Source of the DNA: Paraspadella gotoi
Taxonomy: Eukaryota; Animalia; Chaetognatha
Assembly (NCBI GenBank): GCA_051294375.1
Contig: CM119267.1
Coordinates: forward strand, 106,407-166,232
Length of the DNA stretch: 59,826 nt
Direction: 5' to 3'
Position numbers and translations under genes: made by a program. This document shows, in pieces, positions 49,665 through 59,826 of this stretch (position 1 is the stretch's first letter; each line of letters begins with the position of its first letter). The notes below the pieces were generated by a model that was not told the DNA's origin, did no database searches, and worked only from the letters and a program-made list of their open reading frames with translations.

Positions 49665-52600
49665 ATGAAGAAAATCGGATCGTCGCTCCCCTCGTCGTCG
49701 GTTATCATCGTCGTCGTTTTCATCGTCGTCGGCGATGCGGCAAACCCGAGAAAAGTATGTGTAAGTCCAGGACGAATATCTCAACTCAGATGCTCTTTAT
49801 ATATGAAATATCGACGTTCGTCTTTTCTCTCTTTTGCGGTCATTCCAGATTCTGCTTGAAACGGGACTGCTTCTCTAAAATAATAACGTTTGGGATGCCT
49901 AATGGCCATTAGTGGTTCTTCTATGGATTTGTTTATTTGTTTACTATTGCTCTTTGATTAATTAGTTAGTATTTCTTGATTGTTTGATATCTATATGCGT
50001 TGATTATTTTATTAGGTAGCATTAAATTCAAGACTCCAAGTGGATAGAACTTTATTATAAACTTTATGCGCCAGCGGTCGGTCTTTTAGTCAGTTTTCTC
50101 TCCCGACGTCTTTCTCCCTCTCGCTGGTTGAGGAGGGGGTTTCTTTCATCTGGTGTAAACTCAAACGGCACTGAAAACGCTCTGTCAAACGGCTGTGGAA
50201 AAACTCGGAAATCAGCGGGAAAAAAATAAGAAATAAAATTTCAGAAAAACTCTGACCGTGGAAGACGTGTACGCGGATTTAGTGTAAATAGAGCGACGTC
50301 AACGCGGGATGCGCGAGGGCAACGAGTTGCCATCTTCTGTGCTCGTGCACCGCTCGCACAGTTAGTTCCGTTTGCATTTCAGCAAGCTTTGAATAACTCC
50401 CTTAAACGACGCATTCAATGTGGGAGTCGGCGAATAGTCGCCTACTTTTTATTAAGTCAAAAAAATTCAATTTTAATCTCTTTTGATTCAAAAACCGGCA
50501 TCGCGAAAAGTAACGAATCAAGAATTAATTTCAATAAGCCATCTTGGTGTTCATTTCTTATGCACCGAAGTCTTATTTTACAAGTAAATTCCATAATTTT
50601 CAGATATTCATAAGATTCACACTCGCCACGCTCCTGCCTTATCAACACGCTTGATACGGTATTAACCGTTTGGTTGAGCCAAACAGTTGGGATGTATGAC
50701 GCACGGTTGGTTGACCGGAGTCTTTGGAACATAGGGCTTGGTTTGGGGGTGGGTTTTTTTTTTGTAAACATAATTTATATTTTTTATGTTAACAATTTTT
50801 TAAAAACTTTTCTTTGGTGGAACGTCAAGTATGGCAGAATGCAAGAGATACGATCGAGCCTTGACACAAGCAGTAAGAGATATGACGATGGATCCAGTCA
50901 AATAATTCAACAGATATAAGGAGATTGGAGATGCAGTGCAAATCGCGGTCAGTTCGGCATATTTCAGGAAAACTTTGCACTGAGCGATGACTGGTCTCTA
51001 TTTCGAACTAGATTTCGCGAAAACGCTACAGAGCAGTTTTATCATTACGCAGGCGGACATGACGATTAGTGGAATGTTGCACATGATCGCATCAAAAATA
51101 GAACGACACAGCATTGACAATTTTCGAAAATATATCCGCTGAAGATAAAGGAGTTTGGACGAGACTCGATGGGCTTTGGCTACTGCTTTCGTCATGAGGT
51201 CGAAAAAAAAAATTCTTGACAAATTTAGATGCGTTTCAGCGTGTCCGGGGAAAAAAAAAAGACGTTGCGTTTAATATCGGGTACGAGCTGCTTGAGGCTT
51301 ACCGTACATATCAACCCCACTCTTATGTGAAGTATCCAGCAGGAATTCAAGCAATGGCTTTCAAACGGTGCAGTTACACATGTTCCAGGTCATTATTTTC
51401 TTTTATAAAATTCAACGGTCAAACTGAGTACAGAAAAGCCGATGAGGTGTCTGTATCGAAAATTAAAAAGATAACAGGCAGAGTCGTTTGGAACTCGATC
51501 TTTGTTGCGGGGTGATATCATTACTGTTTTAAAAAGTATTACATTAGTATATTCTGCAAGACTCTTACACGTAATTTCTTTTTCAACTATTTATAACTTA
51601 AAATAATTTAATATATTGTTCCATAAAGGCTCGGTTGAAGGCATTACGAGTAGATCAATAGAGGGCTTTTAAGCAATTTTTAACCGATTTTGGTGTATAT
51701 AGAGGCTGCACTCTAGATTAAAAACCAATAAAGAAAAAACCATAAAAATTTTTTTTTTTTTTTTTTTTTTTTAGAATAAAAGAACAAAAATATCACAAGA
51801 TGTATCTTATTCATCGTTTTATTTGTAATTAGTTTTGGATATTTTTATCTAATAAAAAGTGCATGATCATGAAATCCAAGATCTTATAAAAGAAATGCTG
51901 GTAACGGCCAGTGATGGCTCGAAGAGGTCCGATTCTACCTACTGTCTGGTGAGAGGTGGGTGCTGTAACGGCATAAATATAGAATGTCTCGAGATTGCCT
52001 CATTGGCTCAATGGAGTTGGATAGAATGAAATGCAAGCTCGATATTAAAATAATTAGACGAAAAGTGATAATAAGAATATCAGATCTGTTACAAAGTTCA
52101 CAATGTTATATGGAGCGACTCATAAAAGTGCGAGTCTGAATTTAATCGTATTTTTCTTTCACTGCGGATTATCAGAGCTTATTTTCATTTCTGTGCGATA
52201 AATGTACTTTGTTGTGAATGTTTGTTAGTGGATGTTTAGGAAGCAGCCCCATTCCTGGGATGGCTGTTTGACCATTATCTCTTTTCTCAAGAATTTTTTT
52301 GATACATTCAGGGTTAATGAGGTTTATGCCGTGCGACAAGAGCGGATTTTGTTGAGAGATCCTGATCCTATCCCTATCAATGGCGTAATCCATTCAGAGA
52401 ATTGTGTATACAGAAATCAGTATACTTAAAAATTTGTTGGTTTATAAGGTCCCGCGTGGGCCAGAGCATAAGAGCATTTCTACGAGATGAAATCCGATTG
52501 TTGAAATGGAGATCTCAGATGGGGAGTTTTTCATAATGAAGGTGTTGAGCGTAGACTGTTTCAGCAGAGAAGTAGAGCGGTATCCTGAGATCAGGATTTT

Positions 52601-54253
52601 CAGTGTGATAAGGGAGGAGTTTTTAAAGTCCAGACGAATATGCTATCAACTCTCATGTATAGCTCTTTATATACAACTGATCAGAACGTAATCGTACCTA
52701 CTTTTTCTCTTTTGTGCGGTCATTTCCACACGATTCTGCTCTGAAACGGGACTCTTCTCTAAAAATATAACGTTTGTGGATGCCTATGGTAACTTAGTGT
52801 TTCTTCATGGATTTGTTTATTTGTTTATATTGTTTCTTTGTTAATTAGTTAGGTATTTCAGTTGGGATTGCTTATTGAAATTATTCGTATTATTGCTTTG
52901 ATTGTAAGGTAACGCCTTATTCAATATCAATTGCACCACTTCTCCCAATGTGGATAAGAATCTTTTCAATCTGTACTAAACCTTTATGTGTCGCCAGCGG
53001 TCCGGGCCTCTTCTAGCTCTCAAGTTTTCCTACCTCTCCCTCAGTCCTTCTCCTTTTCTCGCTAGTGTCGCGGCAGGGGGTTCCTTCTATATAAGGCAAC
53101 TGACTAGAGTATGAGAGAGGGGGGAGGTCAAATGAGCGGTAAGTAAAGTCGCTCTTTTACACTTCAATTATCGTTTCAATCCGTCGGAGGATGGCGCTGA
53201 CGCTGCCGAACGCAAAGACGGTTATTGCCAGACGCAAAAAGACGGTTATTGCCTGACGCTGAGACTGACTCGCCAAGACTTCTCATCGCACCAATGGCAC
53301 TACGTCGTCTGCAAACCCTACAACTGCGACGCATTCTTCAGATAACCAAGTGAGACTTTAAATGAATGAGACTTAGCTCTCTTTCCAGAAAGCGCCCAAA
53401 TTCACGAACACTTTAAATCTTAATATTTGATATTTACTTCAAAAGTTTATTATATTAAAGCTATTAAGACCTAAACAAAAATTCACATGGGAGTACAGTA
53501 AATTATTTTAATTTCGTGACCACATTTCATCCATCTGACAGATCATCTTCAGGTCACGTACATGCGATGCTACTTCAAGAATTATAAGCTAATCCTTAAT
53601 ATTAATCCAAAAACCCTAATCCTTAATTCTCTAACCTTTAATTCACTAACCTACATCCTTAATTCTAATCTAACCACTAATTCTTAATCTTCTAACTTAA
53701 TCACAACCTAATCTTTAACCCTAATTTTTTAATCTAAACCTTATGATGGATTATCCACCAACGTTACTCATGCGGCCAATGTGTGCAGGAAGCAGTCATT
53801 CGTTTTTAAAACCAAAAGGTCCAGGGTTCGAGCCCTGTTGTTGTTTACATGTTTACGACTTACGAGGTATGCGGGCGTTGAAAACCCGTTTGTAATACGG
53901 TGTTACACCGATCCGAAGTTCAGGGACTGCTTATATTGAATAGTTCTGTTACTACTCATATTAATTTTACTAATCTTTTTCGCCTTAACCTTAATACTTA
54001 ACTTAATTTTGACTTAATATTTAAACCTCAAAATTAACTTGATTCCGAAATTTAAGATAAAATGGTATTTTGGGAAAGAAGGGCCGAGAGGCTTTGCTAG
54101 AAAATGACGATAACTTGAATCGAAACTTATCGCAAAATCATAACTTTTACAGTTTTCACTTGCATCTAAGAACATTGCGAGGTCAGCACCAATGCACGGG
54201 CCTTTGTTCATTGTGATTTTACCTACACTTGCAGTCGATTGAAGAAAGCTTAA
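49665..54253 (+). pseudogene. Second, noisy copy of the knottin-like precursor gene with a ~3.3-kb insertion in intron 1
   Basis: Exon 1 at ~49665-49754, exon 2 at ~53190-53349 and exon 3 at ~54153-54253 are recognisable despite many indels. The flanks match 45215-46460 and 46465-48155. Confidence 0.6.
51748..53090 (-). mobile_element. Degenerate non-LTR retrotransposon (LINE) remnant with a poly(A) tail
   Basis: The T25 run at 51748-51772 reads as poly(A) on the minus strand. Broken frames upstream loosely resemble ORF2 sequence. 52626-53090 is repeated at 49763-50150. Confidence 0.4.
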
Positions 54254-55534
54254 AGCAAGCTACAGTTGAGCAAGCATTCAGTTGATGACAACATTCGGTG
54301 AGGGGGCGATTATGGCGATTGTAACCCACATTATTCCTGATTCAACGCCAAGATGAAACAATTATTTTTTTTTAAAGTTTTATGTAAATTATTTAAAAAT
54401 GAAAATTGATTAAATTTTTTTTTTTTTTGAATGCAGTTTAGTTTTTGATTTGGGAACTTTTTACTTCACAACACAATCGTGAGCAAAAGGCCGATTACAA
54501 TAATGCTTTGACTACAAATTAAATGATTAACGAAAGTTGAATTTGCTATACCATCAACTTTAATAGATAGGCAGGTTAACCAGTCGTTTTTAAAGGTATG
54601 TAAATATTTTTTCATTTACTGATAGGAAATGTCAATATTGTTGATACAGCATTCAAATCAATCGAACCAAAAAGCTGATTTTCCCAGGTCCAATTTTTAA
54701 AACAAATCTGCGTTGGTTAAATTTTCGGCCGAGTGAAATTTAAAAAAAAAAAAATTTTCTTTGATATCTTTTAAACCAAAAATGATATAACGATGGGACC
54801 TTGTATCATATTTAAAGCCCCTAATTATGGGGCAATCTTTTCCATATAATTTTTGTCAAACGTTTCAAAGGATTTTTTTAAAATCTGGATCAAGAATCTT
54901 AGTCAAAAAGTATTTTAACTGCCTACTGCCTAATAGAACNNNNNNNNNNNNNNNNNNNNNNNNNTCGCGAAGAAACAAACTGAATCCTATTAACAACTCG
55001 GTGGGCGGCCAGTGGTCGGCTTCTTTGTGATGAGACCTACCAAGGGAAACGCATAATTGGTTCTTTGGGTCATAGAAAAAGTAAGGATCCTTTAAAAAGT
55101 AAGTCTCCTCAAAAAAGAGAAAAGTGACTAACTTTGCTTTTTATAAAAAAATATTCGATAATGTGAATAGATTTTATTTTTATGTATCAATAAATTTAAC
55201 AAGCGGCATTTTTATCAGGTTGTAGTAAGATTGGTTGTAAAAAAGTATTCGTAACTCAGCATGCGAAATACAATATTTTGAGCAGAGTAAGTAAATTCTT
55301 TTTTAGGTGGGTAATAAGAGAGAAAAATAAAACTATGTTCAAATAAAATCTAACTGCATTTTTTTTTCATTTTAATTACTGATGCATATTTATTATTCAT
55401 CTTTTGTTATTATCATTGATCTGCTGCACCTTTATGATTTGTTAAATTCAAATGCAACAAATAAATAAATTGAATCAAAAATTAATTAATTAATTACTTT
55501 TTAATCGAATTAATCAATTATCTCAACTTTCCCA

Positions 55535-55751
55535 TCAGTCAGAGTAATTAAAGGCAACTAATTCAATCTTATCGCCAGTTATCTTTTCATCGAAGTAAGA
55601 ACAGCCCAACCAATAAAGGACATTGAGAACTAAGAAAGTGGAAGGAAAGAGAACGCGAGATACGTTGTCGACTCTTGCAGTCTTGCGAAAGGCCGTCAAT
55701 TCGGTCTCATTCTGCAGGATTTGGCGTCGCTGAGGGCAAATGCATTCTGGC
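55535..55751 (-). CDS. Last exon (M4 helix) of a Cys-loop ligand-gated ion channel, anionic type (GABA-A/glycine/GluCl-like); upstream M3-M4 loop exons probably lie at ~56150-57820
   Basis: ARVDNVSRVLFPSTFLVLNVLYW matches the pre-M4/M4 signature (ID..SR..FP..F..FN..YW). An AG acceptor sits at 55752-55753. Confidence 0.8.
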
Positions 55752-56886
55752 CTGAATGCAAAAGGGAGAGAGAATTGTTGTACATCCGTTTGTCTCTTTT
55801 TCACTCATAAAACTTTTATGAATATGTCTCGCAGCTGTGCAGTCTAAGCAGACTTTTTAAAGATTGTACAGCTTATTAAACTGATTTTCAAAATTGTATC
55901 CACTGCTTCTCTCCTCTCGTTCCTCCTCCCCTCTCTCTCCCTCGATATAACACTTCCTCCCCCTCCCTCCTTCCTCTCCTTCCTTCCTCCCCTTCTCTCC
56001 CCTCTCTCTCCTCTTCAACATCTTCCTCTCCCTCCTCCCTCTCTTCACCTCCTGCCATTCCTCCCTCTCCCTTCCCTCTCTTCCTCCCCCTACTTCCCCT
56101 CCCTCCCTCTCACCTCCCTTCTCTTCCTCTGCCTGGCCAATCCTCTCCCCAGAGTAAAAACTTTAACGCAGCGCCGAATCCTCGTTGATCTCAGTGACGT
56201 TTGGGGCTGGAGATTCGGGATGGAGAGGAGAGGAGGGGGAAGCTCTCGTGTAGGGGCCTTGCGGCGGGGAGAGAGGAGAAAGAGAGAAGAATGGTAAAAA
56301 GAGGAGGGAGAGAGAGAGAGAGGAAAGGTGAAAGAGAGGAAATTATTGACAAAAAAAGATAATCGGTAAACTAATTAAGTAATCGATTCGATCAAAGTTT
56401 AAATCAAATAATCAGAGTGAGTACATCAATCAATTTTGGTAGGAAATCGATGAATATAGTCAATAAATCAAACAATTATATCAAACAATCATTTGATCAA
56501 TGCATTAATCAAGCAATCAAAATATTATCTAATTATTAATCATTTTATGAATTGATTTGTCAAGNNNNNNNNNNNNNNNNNNNNNNNNNNNNNNNNNNNN
56601 NNNNNNNNNNNNNNNNNNNNNNNNNNNNNNNNNNNNNNNNNNNNNNNNNNNNNNNNNNNNNNNNNNNNNNNNNNNNNNNNNNNNNNNNNNNNNNNNNNNN
56701 NNNNNNNNNNNNNNNNNNNNNNNNNNNNNNNNNNNNNNNNNNNNNNNNNNNNNNNNNNNNNNNNNNNNNNNNNNNNNNNNNNNNNNNNNNNNNNNNNNNN
56801 NNNNNNNNNNNNNNNNNNNNNNNNNNNNNNNNNNNNNNNNNNNNNNNNNNNNNNNNNNNNNNNNNNNNNNNNNNNNNNNNNNNNNN

Positions 56887-56919
<33 letters not shown>

Positions 56920-59826
56920 GGATGAGAGACGAGCGATGATCCGCCTGACAAAAACAAAAGTCAAATTTAAAATAATAATTGTCAATAATTCTTTATTTAA
57001 TGAACTTGTCATTTATGGTCAAATTTAAAATAATAATTATCAATAATTCATTATTTAATGAACTTGTCATTTATGGTCTCACCGGAAGTCAGTTGCCTCG
57101 TTGAAGTTTGAGCGTTGAATGAGGAAAGGGCGCAGGGCTGAGGAGAGAGAAAGGACGGATTTAACGAGATTGGGATAAACTGGATGATCGATTTAACGAA
57201 TGAAGATATTTGAATAAACGAGATCTTTTTGTCTAATTTCTAAAATTGCCAAGTCACATATAATAATCAAATTTATAAATTACGAATTATAAAATTTAAA
57301 AAATTTTAAAAAATTAAAACATTGAAATATTCTTCGATAGATAGCTTATTCATTAAAGTAGTGACTGACTCGCCTCCGTCGGGTTTTCGGCATTAAGGTA
57401 AGGTCCATGGTAAGGGCACTCGGCTTCCTCCAACGACGTCGTCGTCGTCGTCGTCGTTGTCGCCTCTTCTCTTCCTCTTTTTCGTCTCGAAAAGGACAAA
57501 GGATTTTCCCATCTTTGTTGTTGTTTCAACAAAACCTAAAATTTAGGTATGGATAAAATAACCTTCATTAACTTAGGGATTTATTAATTTAGGGATTAAT
57601 TAATTAATTTGTATTGGCGTTCGCGGTGCGCAACGCGGGCGTCGCCGTTAAGGGGGAGGATTGGCCTCAACGTTTCGACCGCGCACAGAGATTTCGGAAT
57701 CCGAGTCCAAGTTTCCGATCGCGAGCGGAAACGTGCGACGACGACGGACGACGAGACGCACGACGGACGACGACGACGACGACGACGACGACAACGATTA
57801 ATATCGTTGACGTTTAGTCAGATAACGAGGGTAATTAATAAGTGGCAAAGTATTTGGTTGACAATAGTTTTATTTATGACGGACAATGATTAGGGTGACG
57901 ACATAGGTAACGATGACACGATGACAAAGGTTAAGACAAAGCGTGTAAAAGTTAGTAATATACAGACATCGAGTTTCAGTAAAAAACGTTTGCCACTTAA
58001 TCAGACGTATAAATAAATAATTTTCGTATAAAAATATTTAAGTTTAATGCATCGACATAAGAGATCCCGAGTCGAATACGTCGTCATTTCGTATTTTTAA
58101 TGTTAAAGACCGGTCAAGCCGTCAAAAAGAACAAAAGATACTAGCGAACCTGGCGGATATTTGGAATTTTTCATAAAAAGAGCATCTTTTCCCTGTGAAA
58201 TCGACTGACGATATTTTTTTAACATATGTATTATTAATAATATTTTCTATGTTTTATTAATAATTTCATAATGCTTAATAATTTTATAGTTTTTAGTAGC
58301 TGCATGTTGTGATTTTTAATAGTTTTTCTGTTTTTTATAGGAAAACATTTTAGAAATTAATCGCTATAACTATTAATAGGCCAATAATAAGGAGATTGAA
58401 TAAGGGTTTGAGCATCCATAGTCAACCTTTTTTTTCAATTATAAAAAATTATCTCGGATTTTTTTTTTAGTTTTTAGTCATGGTATTATTTATTTTGTTT
58501 ATTTTGTTGTTTGATTTAGAGACGAAATTATAACTTTTTAATGGTTAACAATAACAACATAATGTTTTTACATAAAAACGGACATTTTCCGACTAATTGT
58601 TAGCCTTCATCGTTGTTGTTAACAATTAAAATGTTATCATATTATCATATTGTTTTTAATCATAATTTGTTTACTCACTTTTTCAATTTTGTTGATTGAA
58701 GAATTAACAAAGCAATCTATCATTATTTACAGACAATAGGTTTCGATTAATTTTATAATTGACATGTTTTCATTTAAAAAACTTATAAAACAAAAGCAAT
58801 TCTTTAAAATCTTGGAAGTTTTCCCTCTCAAAAGTTCTGTTTTCTTTTATAAATGAAAGTAGTTTTTTGATTATGATCAGAAAATTAAACAAGTTAATAA
58901 AGACAGTTATTTATACCATATCAAAAAATGAGTCTCGGTTCATGTTGCCTCAAACAAAAAGGATCCAATCGTCCAATCCATGTATTTGCTATTCAAATTT
59001 AGTAATATTTATTAGATCGTATTTAATTTTCTTCCTGATCATTCAAACATAATATACTTAAATCATTGATTCTGATATTGAATGGATCATTTTCACTTAT
59101 CTATATGTATATACTAAGAATTTATCAAATTATTGACATTTAGCTTTCAGTTTTTAGCTTTTAACTTTTAAAATTTTATTTAATCTTTGTTTCGTTGAAG
59201 AGAAAAATATTTTTCAAATATTATGATTATCAGTTTTATGTAAAAGTCTGTTATTATTAGTAATTTTTAAAATAAATTTTTTTATTAATTATTATTATTA
59301 AATATTATAATAATATTATTTAATATTTTTGATAATATTAATAAAAGTATTATTTTTTTTTTAAATTTTACTTTTATTGGTTATTTTAATCTTTGTTATC
59401 AAGTTTTTCCATATTTACCTATTTATTAAAGCACGTATAATGGTAACTTAAACGAATGAATTATACAATTTATAATACAATTTATATTATATTATATGTA
59501 ATAAGGAACTTAAGCAAGCAAAATAGTTAATATTTTATTTTATGCAAAAATCTCTTTGAATTTCTCATTTTGGTAAGAAAAAGAAGCATTCAAGCTCTCA
59601 TTTAATAAGAGAGAGAGATCCCGTTTTTATCTGGCTCCTAAATTATGCAAATTAGCTTACGATCGAATTTGTCAGATAACGATGACGCTCTTTATTCGCG
59701 TAATTTTAAACGTTTTATTATTGTAATTATAATAAATAATTGAATATTATAGTTTTTAGAATATATATTTTATAAATATAAATAATTTATAGTATTTATA
59801 CTAATATAAATAAGACAAAATCAGCA

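Noticed and set aside
50389-51515. Protein-coding ORFs inside the intron insertion
   Set aside because: They are short and lie on both strands with no recognisable domain. Probably a decayed transposon.
56529-57028. ORFs of 120-160 aa
   Set aside because: They are artefacts of translating through the N gap at 56565-56886.

Overview
AT-rich, intron-containing, microsatellite-rich DNA from a eukaryote, most likely an invertebrate animal. The assembly is noisy: it has several N gaps, many 1-bp homopolymer indels and near-identical duplicated blocks. Genes were rebuilt by hand from GT-AG splice sites. (1) The 3' part of an SLC38A7/8-like amino-acid transporter with an unusually long TM10-TM11 loop and a Ser/Thr-rich tail. 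(2) A multi-pass membrane gene with an XK-like N-terminal motif, present as one continuous copy and one copy split by a precise ~4.9-kb inversion. (3) A tandem cluster of three PAN/Apple-domain genes: two are secreted with pentapeptide-repeat tails, and one is a PAN domain joined to a cation-dependent mannose-6-phosphate-receptor (CD-MPR/ATG27)-type TM and cytosolic tail. (4) An UNC-93A-like MFS gene. (5) A duplicated three-exon signal/acidic-pro/6-Cys knottin-like peptide precursor that the ORF track does not show. (6) The last exon of an anionic-type Cys-loop channel. Repeats include MITEs, HINE/DINE-like elements, LTR remnants, tRNA-derived SINE heads, a LINE remnant and a CCA-bearing tRNA-Leu 3'-half retrocopy. 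No databases were searched; family calls come from motif recall.
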